DNA of 46,471 nucleotides from a virus (Duplodnaviria; Heunggongvirae; Uroviricota; Caudoviricetes): IMG/VR virus record IMGVR_UViG_2606217103_000006; one strand, 5' to 3'. Shown piece by piece: positions 32,021 to 40,445 of this stretch (position 1 is its first letter; each line of letters starts with the position of its first letter). The notes under the pieces were generated by a model. It saw only the letters and a program-made list of their open reading frames with translations, ran no database searches and was not told where the DNA came from. The position numbers and the translations under genes were made by a program.

Positions 32021-32221
32021 TCATCAAGCTGTGGAATTGTGAGGTATTTAAAAATTTCAACGGGTAACTGATACCCTGCTAATCGCCTGATGCTTTCTTT
32101 TTCAGCAACGGGAAAGCAACAACCACCACACCCGCCACCAAAACATCATCAGACAGCACCGACATTATCCGGCTGCTGAAGTCCACCATCACCACCAGAA
32201 ACAACAGGAGTGCAACCACAG

Positions 32222-32265
32222 CTGCTTAGAAGGCAATTGCTCTGTCCGGCTGAGCTAACAACGCA
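32222..32265 (-). tRNA. tRNA-Arg(UCU)-like 5' fragment (acceptor, D and anticodon arms only; probable pseudo-tRNA)
   Basis: GCGTTGTTAGCTCAGCCGGACAGAGC...CTTCTAA anticodon loop; no T-arm or 3' acceptor strand found downstream. Confidence 0.4.
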
Positions 32266-32279
32266 GAATACCGATAAAT

Positions 32280-32356
32280 GGACCGCCATCGAGAACTCGA
32301 ACCCCGCGCAACCAGCTTCGAAGGCTGGCGCTCTATCCCGATGAGCTAATGGCGGT
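32280..32356 (-). tRNA. tRNA-Arg (anticodon UCG)
   Basis: Cloverleaf by hand: acceptor CCGCCAT/ATGGCGG, D-arm GCTC..GAGC, anticodon loop CTTCGAA, T-loop TTCGAGT, encoded CCA. Confidence 0.75.
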
Positions 32357-32363
32357 ATGTGAT

Positions 32364-32439
32364 GGTGGCCCTTGCTGGATTTGAACCAGCGACCTGGCGA
32401 TTATGAGTCGCTCGCTCTCACCACTGAGCTAAAGGGCCG
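32364..32439 (-). tRNA. tRNA-Ile2-like (anticodon CAU, lysidine type; formally could read as Met)
   Basis: GGCCCTTTAGCTCAGTGGTGAGAGC...CTCATAA...GGTTCAAATCC...GGGCCACCA; close to remembered E. coli ileX. Confidence 0.85.
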
Positions 32440-32478
32440 GGAGCCGCATAATAACGACGCGTAATTAATTCTTCAATA

Positions 32479-33537
32479 TCATCCGCTCTGGCTGACTAAA
32501 TCCTGTACTTCCCGAACCGTCTGCTCAAAACGTTCAGTCTCCAGCTCAACGCCAATTGCACGACGCCCGAGCGCCAGTGCCGCTTTCACTGTCGAACCCG
32601 ACCCCATGAAAAAATCTGCAATCAGGTCACCCGGACGACTGCTAGCGCTGATTATCTGCTGCAGCATTTCTGCCGGTTTTTCGCACGGATGTTTCCCGGG
32701 ATAGAACTGCACCGGTTTATGCGTCCACACATCGGTATACGGCACCTGCACCGTCACGCCAAAATACCGCCGCAGATGTTTATATTCACTCAGCAGCTCC
32801 GCATACTGCCGGTTCAGTGAGGTATACGTATCCACCAGCTGGTGGTGGAGCTTTTCCAGTTCACCACGCCGATGCTTCTCTTCTGCCACCCGGGCAAACA
32901 GCGCCTGTAATTTCAGATAATCGCTTTCATTCGGTAGCTGCCACTGACTGGCACTGAACCAGTGCGACACCATGTTTTTCTTTCCTGTGGCATCTGCAAT
33001 CTGTTTTGCCGTTATCCCCAGGGCCGCGCGCGCATCACGAAAGTAAGAAATCAGCGGGGCCATCACATGCTGTTTCAGTGCACTGCCCTTCGCCGCATAC
33101 CCGGCATCTTTCGGACGATACGGCCCCTGATAATGTTCCGCGAACAGAATGCGCTCTGTGGCGGGGAAATACGCCCGCAGGCTTTCCTTGTTGCACCCGT
33201 TCCAGCGTCCGGACGGCTTCGCCCAGATAATATGGTTCAGCACACTGAAGCGTTCACGCATCATGATTTCGATATCAGATGCCCGGCGATGACCACAGAA
33301 CAGGTAAAGACTTCCGGCAGGTTTCAGCACCCGCCAGAACTGCGCCAGACACTGGTCCAGCCACTTCAGGTAATCATCGTCGCCCTTCCACTGGTTATCC
33401 CAGCCCTCAGGCTTCACTTTAAAGTACGGCGGGTCCGTAACTATCAGGTCAACAGAATTTTCGGGTAACGACCGGATAAATTCCAGGCAGTCGGCGTTGA
33501 TTAACTCACAACTGGATATTTTTACAGTATTAAGCAT
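32479..33537 (-). CDS. DNA methyltransferase (N6-adenine/N4-cytosine type, beta-class motif order)
   Basis: TDPPY motif IV near N-terminus and FFMGSGST motif I near C-terminus; 352 aa. Confidence 0.8.
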   Translation of the reverse strand: MLNTVKISSCELINADCLEFIRSLPENSVDLIVTDPPYFKVKPEGWDNQWKGDDDYLKWLDQCLAQFWRVLKPAGSLYLFCGHRRASDIEIMMRERFSVLNHIIWAKPSGRWNGCNKESLRAYFPATERILFAEHYQGPYRPKDAGYAAKGSALKQHVMAPLISYFRDARAALGITAKQIADATGKKNMVSHWFSASQWQLPNESDYLKLQALFARVAEEKHRRGELEKLHHQLVDTYTSLNRQYAELLSEYKHLRRYFGVTVQVPYTDVWTHKPVQFYPGKHPCEKPAEMLQQIISASSRPGDLIADFFMGSGSTVKAALALGRRAIGVELETERFEQTVREVQDLVSQSG

Positions 33538-33675
33538 GGATCATTAAGCCTGTCTCTGATAGGCTCATTCTGCTTTTGCGCAAAGCAGTGGGCCTGAGGT
33601 TTGCTTGTGAACCCAACGCATGAGCAGATGGCTGGTGGGTGCCCCTAACACCCACCAGCCGCCCATTTACCATAA

Positions 33676-33701
33676 ATAAAAAAGCCTTCACTGCGGAAGG
33701 C
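33676..33701 (-). terminator. intrinsic terminator (GCCTTC-loop-GAAGGC then T-run on minus strand)
   Basis: Overlaps the 3' end of the small ORF 33688-33885. Confidence 0.55.
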
Positions 33702-33885
33702 GTCTGTAACAACCGAACTGATAGTCTGCCAGACCCGCCATAACCAGCTGAGTCAGTATTAACTGGCAGCGTTCGCGTGAAAGGTAAGTATTCTGCGCTA
33801 TCTCCCCGACTGTCGCCGGGTCGGTAACGCTTAATTCATTAAACACCACTCTGGCGGTTTCTGTCATATCCTGCTGTTTTAGCAT
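33688..33885 (-). CDS. hypothetical 65-aa protein downstream of pR'
   Basis: RBS AAGGAAAA; possible helix-turn-helix-like segment; function unknown. Confidence 0.4.
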   Translation of the reverse strand: MLKQQDMTETARVVFNELSVTDPATVGEIAQNTYLSRERCQLILTQLVMAGLADYQFGCYRRLPQ

Positions 33886-34004
33886 GTCTTTTCCTTTTCC
33901 GGTTAACGTGACACACCAATAACTCTTGTCGAAAAAGCCAGCAAGCTGAAAGACAGGTATTCACCGCCACCAGCGCGTTTACTGTACTGACGCGATTTCA
34001 GTCA

Positions 34005-34028
34005 TAAAAAACCCGCCAGGCGGCGGGG
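34005..34028 (-). terminator. tR'-like terminator just downstream of the late promoter
   Basis: CCCGCC-agg c-GGCGGG hairpin followed by TTTTTT on minus strand. Confidence 0.6.
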
Positions 34029-34076
34029 TGTAAAAAATCTTCTAACGTCAGGCATAAAACGCCCATCGTTAGAGCA

Positions 34077-34104
34077 AATTTACCACAGATTCGGGAAAAA
34101 TCAA
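34077..34104 (-). promoter_or_regulatory. late promoter pR'-like (-35 TTGATT, 16-nt spacer, -10 TAAATT) with presumed Q-utilisation region
   Basis: Immediately after Q stop; -10 TAAATT as I recall for lambda pR'. Confidence 0.55.
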
Positions 34105-34109
34105 CAACA

Positions 34110-34931
34110 CTATCGCGTTACCCTCTTTAACTGCCGCTCCGCCCATGCCTCTTCAATGTCAAACCGAACCACCAACGTATCGTAAAAGCGTTTCACTGAT
34201 TTTTTCCACGTATCAAGCGTGATAGCACTCGTCACTTTGCATATGGCATTAAATGCCTCCGTTGATGGCAGCCTTTCACAGCCACGACCACCACAACGCT
34301 GGCAATCTCTGATAACAGGCATACCACGTTTTACCGACTCTTCACGATGAATGGCGACACCACGCCCACGGCAATCCTTACAGGCGGTGGAAACCTCACC
34401 CTTTCCGCCACACTCCGGACAGGCAACTTTTACCACCTCCCTGACTTTTTTCCATTCTTCCCAGTAAGACGGATACACACCTTTCGTACACTTTGCCCAT
34501 ACTGGCGGCTTGCCATCCGGATACTGAACCTTGTTTGTAAAAACTTCGCTTTCAATAAATTTTTCCCCTCGGCAACAGGGGCACTGCTTTTTACTCGCTG
34601 CGCTGCGGGCATAATCCTCAAAAGCGTACGAAGCCATAATGCGCATCACTACCGGTTTTATTTCTGCCGGAAGTTTTCTCAACGCCGCCACACGATCGCA
34701 CCGACTGAGTGCATATTCTGTCAGCAATTCTGTTGCCCGCTCTCTGTCATTCATACTAATGCCCATTTTCCCAAGGAACGCAGAAAACCCCATCTCAGCC
34801 CGATTCTGTGTCATGCCCTGCGCGGCCATCACATCAGTGATACTCAGCGCATCTTTCGACGTTGAGGCCGATGCATCAGTCAGGCCGGGGGATTTTGGGG
34901 AGTAGTATTTCGGTAAATCTTCCAGTTTCAT
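34110..34931 (-). CDS. Q: late antiterminator Q (zinc-binding, Qin/phage-82-like class)
   Basis: 273 aa; CxxC...CxxC clusters; position upstream of pR' and lysis genes. Confidence 0.8.
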   Translation of the reverse strand: MKLEDLPKYYSPKSPGLTDASASTSKDALSITDVMAAQGMTQNRAEMGFSAFLGKMGISMNDRERATELLTEYALSRCDRVAALRKLPAEIKPVVMRIMASYAFEDYARSAASKKQCPCCRGEKFIESEVFTNKVQYPDGKPPVWAKCTKGVYPSYWEEWKKVREVVKVACPECGGKGEVSTACKDCRGRGVAIHREESVKRGMPVIRDCQRCGGRGCERLPSTEAFNAICKVTSAITLDTWKKSVKRFYDTLVVRFDIEEAWAERQLKRVTR

Positions 34932-35302
34932 TTTTTGACCTGCCCTTCAAGCATTATGGGGTAAATCTTCACCCCCAGACGTCCACCAGATACTGGCTGA
35001 CCACGAACGATATTGATTTCATCAAACTGCTCATCGTCCATTAACACTCCCGCATGCGTCAGCGCATCCAGCGGTGCTTTCAGGATATTGTCCAGGTCGC
35101 GACGACGCTTATCCGGTAGCTCTGCAATCACCTTTATCGCCAGCCTTCCGGACAGGTTTAATTTCAGCCGCTGCTGGCGGACAATAAGTGCCACATCCCG
35201 GCGATAACGCTCACCGGCTTTTGATACAAAATATGTGCTGCCACGACGACGCCAGTAGGTGTTCACCGTCGGCGGGTAAGGCAAAACAAACTCTATACGC
35301 AT
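34928..35302 (-). CDS. rusA: Holliday junction resolvase RusA
   Basis: 124 aa; LPYPPTVNTYW...D..N motifs typical of RusA. Confidence 0.85.
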   Translation of the reverse strand: MRIEFVLPYPPTVNTYWRRRGSTYFVSKAGERYRRDVALIVRQQRLKLNLSGRLAIKVIAELPDKRRRDLDNILKAPLDALTHAGVLMDDEQFDEINIVRGQPVSGGRLGVKIYPIMLEGQVKK

Positions 35303-35314
35303 CAGTAATCTCTT

Positions 35315-36364
35315 TTACCCGAGCACGCCGGTTGCAAAGGCGCGATCAAGAAAACGAAAAATTAAATCAACCTGGGAACCATGCTTTTCTTCAAATGCCA
35401 GCGGATCAGCATGAAGTTCGTTGTGATGCTCCCGGCACAACGGTAGCGTGAAAATATCGTGGGCTTTTGTCCCTATTCCGCCCTGACCATGACCAATCAG
35501 GTGATGGGGATCGTCGGCTGGCTTACCACAACACGCACACGGCTGTGTCTTTACCCAGCGTGTGTATTTCTCGTTAACCCAGCGGCGACGTTTAGGTCGT
35601 TTCATGAAAGATTCCGGAGACTCAGGATCAACGGCAATGCTGACCACCGTCTTTTCCTGTGGTGGGTTCTGTTGCTGGTGGGCGTGAGGCAGCGGCGCAA
35701 GATTTTTTGTGCGCTGTTTCAGTATGCTGGTGGCGGTCTGCTCTCCCGGTACGATGTCGCTTTCACGGTACATTGAGCGGATTTTTTCCGCACGCAACCC
35801 CAGCGAACGACGTAATACCGCTTCCGGTAGCGCGTCCGCCACCTGATTGCGGACCGCCCACCAGGATAATTCAGCCAGAGATAATTCACGCTCCTGCGTA
35901 CCGCTTATTGCGTGACCGATGACGTCAATCATCCATGCTGACAGGTTTTGATGAGCAAGTTGCTCGAGTGATTCGGATGTCTGGTCACGCAGCTGGTTGT
36001 CGCAGTGCCAGCACAACACCATTGCGCCGGTACCATAACGGTGAATGACGGTTTCGCTGTGATGATAATCGCCGTGTGGCCACTGGCAGGATTTAATATG
36101 GCGCAACAGCCAGTCAGACAATGTACCAGCACCACCAGCAGCACGAATCACCCGTGCGTTACTGAAAAACGGCAGCAATGTTTTGTCTTCCACCAGCGGC
36201 TGGCGAGCGGCAGGAACGACCCCGGACGGCAGATTACGCATGCTTTTCGGTTCCGGCTCCACCAGTAACCGGGTATTGTGGAATACCGGCATGGATTCAC
36301 GGCCCGGCTTAACGATCACCAGCCCGAGTTCCGGTACCAGAACAGGTCGAAGTAATACCCGCAC
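35315..36364 (-). CDS. DUF968-like nin-region protein (possibly YdfU-like) with HNH-like Cys/His cluster
   Basis: 349 aa; C-terminal CxCCG...HHLIGHG...CREHH; family name from memory. Confidence 0.6.
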   Translation of the reverse strand: MRVLLRPVLVPELGLVIVKPGRESMPVFHNTRLLVEPEPKSMRNLPSGVVPAARQPLVEDKTLLPFFSNARVIRAAGGAGTLSDWLLRHIKSCQWPHGDYHHSETVIHRYGTGAMVLCWHCDNQLRDQTSESLEQLAHQNLSAWMIDVIGHAISGTQERELSLAELSWWAVRNQVADALPEAVLRRSLGLRAEKIRSMYRESDIVPGEQTATSILKQRTKNLAPLPHAHQQQNPPQEKTVVSIAVDPESPESFMKRPKRRRWVNEKYTRWVKTQPCACCGKPADDPHHLIGHGQGGIGTKAHDIFTLPLCREHHNELHADPLAFEEKHGSQVDLIFRFLDRAFATGVLG

Positions 36365-36365
36365 G

Positions 36366-36644
36366 TTACCTCCAGATGCGTTGCTGGAATGTGCGGGACG
36401 GACGCGGTGGGCGTTCGGAGTAAGGAAGCCTGACGGAGATTATCCAGTGACGATAATCGAGGCTGAGGGCTTTCTTAATCTCGTATCCGTGTCTGCGGTA
36501 GCACTGAATTAGCCACTCGGCCTGTTCTTCAGTGCATGGGGGATGCTGGAACCAGTCAGATTTGAAAGTGCGGGAACGCCGCCCGTGCCTGCTGGCAAAG
36601 ACGGCAGAATCATCAGAATTGTGTAATTTGGTATCGTGCGCCAT
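36366..36644 (-). CDS. hypothetical nin-region protein (start at internal ATG)
   Basis: 92 aa from MAHDTK...; translationally coupled to downstream gene. Confidence 0.4.
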   Translation of the reverse strand: MAHDTKLHNSDDSAVFASRHGRRSRTFKSDWFQHPPCTEEQAEWLIQCYRRHGYEIKKALSLDYRHWIISVRLPYSERPPRPSRTFQQRIWR

Positions 36645-36714
36645 CGGTTGTCTCTGCTGGCGCAGCAGGTGCCAGTTGTTCAGGCTGGTGTGCGAATTGT
36701 AAACCAGAATGCTA

Positions 36715-36745
36715 GGAAAAAACAAAACCCGCCGAAGCGGGTTAA
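36715..36745 (-). terminator. intrinsic terminator downstream of hok
   Basis: AACCCGC-ttcg-GCGGGTT then TTTGTTTTTT on minus strand. Confidence 0.55.
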
Positions 36746-36810
36746 GTGCGGGTGAGTTGAGGATGCCTGACACATCAGAGGTGGCGAGGGATTCTCCCCC
36801 GCCTGGTCTC

Positions 36811-36966
36811 TTACTCCTCAGGTTCGTAAACTGTGAAGACAGCGACCTCCGTCTGGCCGGTTCGGATTCGTACCTCGCAGAGGTCTTTCCTCGTTACCAG
36901 TACAGTCACAATGACGGTTAAACAGATGACGATCAGGGCGATTAACATCGCCTTTTGCTGCTTCAT
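36811..36966 (-). CDS. hok: Hok/Gef-family type I toxin (HokD/RelF-like)
   Basis: 51 aa MKQQKAMLIALIVICLTVIVT.LVTRKDLCEVRIRTGQTEVAVFT.YEPEE; stable hairpins in upstream leader (36970-37150) consistent with hok mRNA regulation. Confidence 0.85.
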   Translation of the reverse strand: MKQQKAMLIALIVICLTVIVTVLVTRKDLCEVRIRTGQTEVAVFTVYEPEE

Positions 36967-37286
36967 AGCCTGCTTCTCCTTGCCTTTCGGCACGTAAGAG
37001 GCTAACCTAGATTTGCCGTTCATAGATTGAGCCTCAGATTAATGTTAAGCGTCTTGCAGGACGCATAATGTTAACTGTGGCTTTTCTCTATCTGCCTTTG
37101 GTGTTCATGCTTGAGGCAGATAGCCTCAAGCACCCGCAGCAATTTTACTTAACTCCCCTTTTCCCACAAATCGTTTTTATCCCTATTGGTAATGTTCTCC
37201 CGATGTGGGATTCCCACATTGGAACGAATTCAATCAGTTAAAGACTCATCAGAATCTCACCTTTCTAAGTGCCCACAGGTGAGGCA

Positions 37287-37315
37287 TTGCAATAAAAATA
37301 GCAAACGTGTATAAA
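37287..37315 (+). promoter_or_regulatory. sigma70-like promoter for the kinase operon (-35 TTGCAA, 17 nt, -10 TATAAA)
   Basis: Sequence match only; followed by strong SD AAGGAGG and a 12-codon uORF (37328-37366). Confidence 0.45.
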
Positions 37316-37375
37316 AGGAGGTAATGCATGTTTTTCCAGTCTTATCAATCCATTACTGAGAGTTAAGGGGGCGCC

Positions 37376-38170
37376 GTGGATCGGTGCGGTAATTATTTAC
37401 TTAAAGATGGTCGCAGTTTAGGACAAGGGAGTTTTGGCGAAGTATTTAAGGTTGATGTCTATAACTTAACCCAGACCCACATGACCACATATGCTCGCAA
37501 ATACTTTTCACCTTGCCCGGACTTTGACAAGACCGCTATAAAAGAGTTGACTGATTTAAGACAGCGTTTTTTAGTTGAGATCAAAACACAATGCACTCTC
37601 AATAGAATAAACTATGATTCAATAGCGCCAATAGTTTTATTTAATACAAATGGTGATAAACCTTATTTTGTTATGGAATTGGCAGAGTGTAACTTATATG
37701 AAGCCATCCGCAATGGTATGAATTACGCGGAGAGGAAGTCTGCTGTTACTCAGATTTTAAAAGGAATTATCACCATACATGAAAACAACTATATACATCG
37801 TGATTTAAAACCAGGAAACATACTTTATTATGCCGATGGAAAGTATAAAATATCTGATTTTGGTCTAGTAAAAGACAGAGATACCTTACGGGCCGAAATC
37901 AAAACAAAATTTAAGCCTAATCACATGGGCACAGATGGATATCGAGCACCCGAAATACATGATAGCGGTCTTTTTTCTTTTCAAAGCGACATATTTGCAG
38001 CAGGTAAAATTATCACTGATATATATCCCACAGAAAGAAGTGAAAAATTAAAAAGATTGATTGCAAAATGTTGCGCACATTGGCCTGAAGAACGATATCA
38101 AAGCACACGGGAGTTACTGGAAGATTTTTTAAAAGTGACGGGGGAGGTAAATCATGAAGAACATAATTGA
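37376..38170 (+). CDS. Hanks-type (eukaryotic-like) Ser/Thr protein kinase, kinase domain only
   Basis: GTG start with RBS AAGGGGG; G-loop LGQGSFGEV, YARK lysine, HRDLKPGNI, DFG, GYRAPE, SDIFAAG subdomains all present. Confidence 0.85.
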   Translation: MDRCGNYLLKDGRSLGQGSFGEVFKVDVYNLTQTHMTTYARKYFSPCPDFDKTAIKELTDLRQRFLVEIKTQCTLNRINYDSIAPIVLFNTNGDKPYFVMELAECNLYEAIRNGMNYAERKSAVTQILKGIITIHENNYIHRDLKPGNILYYADGKYKISDFGLVKDRDTLRAEIKTKFKPNHMGTDGYRAPEIHDSGLFSFQSDIFAAGKIITDIYPTERSEKLKRLIAKCCAHWPEERYQSTRELLEDFLKVTGEVNHEEHN

Positions 38171-38870
38171 AATGGCATGTTTTAGCCTAAAACAACCCCA
38201 AAAAAAAGAAAATGAAGACTTTTATTTACCGCCATCTTTTGATAGCGATTTTAACATTGTCTTTGCAGTAGCTGATGGGGTTGGTTCCTCTGAACATTCA
38301 ATGCTTGCATCTCATGCAGCCATTCGTGGCATTAGACACACGCTAGGCACTTCCTTTTTCTCAATTGAAAGTGCATTTCATTCAGCTAAAAAAGAAATTG
38401 ACAATTTAGATATTAGCACTGCCACAACCTTAACAATTGTTCAGATCAAAAAAAATGAAGTGTTAATTGGTCATTCCGGTGATTGCCGAGTATACTTCAA
38501 TAAAAACAATAAACTAAATCAGTTAACCACTGATCAAACGAGATATCAAGAACTCCTTGATTCTGGTGAACATAAATTACGTAATTTAAGAAATCATAAA
38601 GAACGGCTATCTTCAGTCCTAACGAATGCTTTATCAAATACAACGGATTTGAATTTTGAGTTAATGTCTTTTCCGATTAGCCAGCTAATTTATAATGGCT
38701 ATCTTCAACTCTATGCAATGACTGATGGTGCCTATAAGCATTGGGATGTCAGACCAAGGTTTTCTGAGAAGACAATGCTCTCACCAACAGCTTTTGCGAG
38801 TAGTTTAAGAAAAAGGATTGAGAAAAATATAATGGATGATTACACCTTTATAGGCGTAAAAGTAACCTAA
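38154..38870 (+). CDS. PP2C/PPM-family Ser/Thr phosphatase
   Basis: Motifs FAVADGVGS, GHSGDCRVY, MTDGAY, DDYT; overlaps kinase 3' end by 17 bp. Confidence 0.8.
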   Translation: MKNIIEMACFSLKQPQKKENEDFYLPPSFDSDFNIVFAVADGVGSSEHSMLASHAAIRGIRHTLGTSFFSIESAFHSAKKEIDNLDISTATTLTIVQIKKNEVLIGHSGDCRVYFNKNNKLNQLTTDQTRYQELLDSGEHKLRNLRNHKERLSSVLTNALSNTTDLNFELMSFPISQLIYNGYLQLYAMTDGAYKHWDVRPRFSEKTMLSPTAFASSLRKRIEKNIMDDYTFIGVKVT

Positions 38871-39128
38871 TTTTAGATATCCAAGATATTTACTCTAATT
38901 TAACCATAGTATTCCCAACCTCTTTTTATTGGGGGTTGGGTTCATTAAAGTCACCATTTTCTATTTCTTTCCCGTTAGAGGATATATTATTTCCAGATAA
39001 AGAAAGCAACTTCTTATGCAACTTCATATCACGCCATGCTTCCACCGCGGTAACTCTACATAGTCCATTAACAGTTCATGCCATTCTTCAAAACTGGCGT
39101 TATATTTAGTTGAAGCAAAATCAGCCAT

Positions 39129-39302
39129 TTTATTCTTCCTCTTCGTCTTTTATTTCGTGATATGAGTAATTGCAGTAGTTAAAGAAAATATCTTTTGCTT
39201 CGTCATGTATTTCATCAGGCGTCGCATCATCATCCACTTCGAATTCATCCTCGAAATCTCCACCGGCTATTCCCGTTTCAATAATTATTTTGAACTTTCG
39301 CA
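39129..39302 (-). CDS. unlisted 57-aa highly acidic small protein (MRKFKIIIETGIAGGDFEDEFEVDDDATPDEIHDEAKDIFFNYCNYSYHEIKDEEEE)
   Basis: Hand translation, below the 60-aa ORF-track cutoff; about one third Asp/Glu; weak RBS. Confidence 0.35.
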
Positions 39303-39505
39303 TTTAACTACCGCCCTGCCGGACAGCCTCCTGATGTTCTGAGGGCGCCCCCCTCCGGTTAAGGATTAAATTTTTAACAGTGCTAAATTTAATTATTCAG
39401 TTCTTGATTTTGTCGCCCTGCGTATCCGCGCTTTCGCGTTACGCTCAATCTGAATTAGCTTTTCTATATTTTTCCGCCTTTCCTGTTCCTCCTGGAGCAA
39501 TAACC

Positions 39506-39748
39506 TTACATCATCTGCCAGTCTGGTTTCTCTTTTCGCCACAGAGAGCATCCAGTCAAATGGCTCCACAACTGCACCGCAGATTTTACAGCGGACCTGA
39601 CGCTCTTTTTCTCAACCCGGACAGAGGCGTGATGGCAATATGGTCTTTCCGATGGCTCATAAAGAAAATTAACCTGATTACGAGGGTCATCCTCTTTTGC
39701 CGGAAATAAAACGATATTGCTTAACTCATCTTCTGGTTTTATTTCCAT
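39506..39748 (-). CDS. hypothetical 80-aa protein
   Basis: Start at internal ATG 39748 overlapping upstream gene end; Cys/His residues (CHH...C). Confidence 0.4.
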   Translation of the reverse strand: MEIKPEDELSNIVLFPAKEDDPRNQVNFLYEPSERPYCHHASVRVEKKSVRSAVKSAVQLWSHLTGCSLWRKEKPDWQMM

Positions 39749-40445
39749 GCTCCTCTCCTTTGATGCGAATGCCAGCGGCGCGTGGCACATTAACTTCCAC
39801 GATGCGCACAGTTGGTTTGTACATCTCAATCGCTGTCAGCCAGTCAGCTCCTGTCATGCGTTTTTCCGCATCGCCATTAGTCCACTGAACCGGCACACCA
39901 ATAGCCTTCATCGCGATTTCTATTTCCCCGGCAATGGCGCTTTTTCCGCAACCAGTAAAACCAGATACAACGACAAGAACTTCGCCTTTGGCTGGTTTTA
40001 TTTCCCGTGCTTCCAGTTCTGCTATGCGCTTACTTCCATCCGCGATTACTCCCTCGTAATACTCACGCTGCTCGTTGAGTTTTGATTTTGCTGCTTCAAG
40101 CTCAACGCGCAGCTTCCCTACCGTTAGCGCAATCTCCTCGTTCTCCTGGTCGCGGCGTTTTATGTATTGCTGGTTTCTTTCCCGTTCATCCAGCAGTGCC
40201 AGTACGGTAGCCGGGTTAGCCTCTGCTATAAATGCTGCGTTTGCATAAGCCTGAGCATCTGTTTCAACCAGGCAGTTAGCATGACATTCTGCAATCACGC
40301 CACCGGGTTCTCCTTTCCATTTTTGACAAACAAAAACTCCTGTTAAATTGCCGTACTGGTTAACAGATGTATGCCCTACGATGTAGCTTCCTTTAGTTGC
40401 TTTTTCTGCCTTGGCACGCAGTACCTGATAGTCAATCTTGCTCAC
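39726..40445 (-). CDS. hypothetical protein with central coiled coil (possibly ead/Ea22-like)
   Basis: 239 aa; family assignment from memory only. Confidence 0.45.
   Translation of the reverse strand: MSKIDYQVLRAKAEKATKGSYIVGHTSVNQYGNLTGVFVCQKWKGEPGGVIAECHANCLVETDAQAYANAAFIAEANPATVLALLDERERNQQYIKRRDQENEEIALTVGKLRVELEAAKSKLNEQREYYEGVIADGSKRIAELEAREIKPAKGEVLVVVSGFTGCGKSAIAGEIEIAMKAIGVPVQWTNGDAEKRMTGADWLTAIEMYKPTVRIVEVNVPRAAGIRIKGEEHGNKTRR

Noticed and set aside
30750-32270. Shiga toxin genes (stxA/stxB) expected from synteny
   Set aside because: No ORF of suitable size or AB5-toxin character on the late strand in this slot.
38995-39127. A second small ORF downstream of the 57-aa acidic gene
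   Set aside because: A first hand translation suggested a 34-aa ORF; re-deriving the reverse complement gave only a 20-codon frame, so it was dropped.
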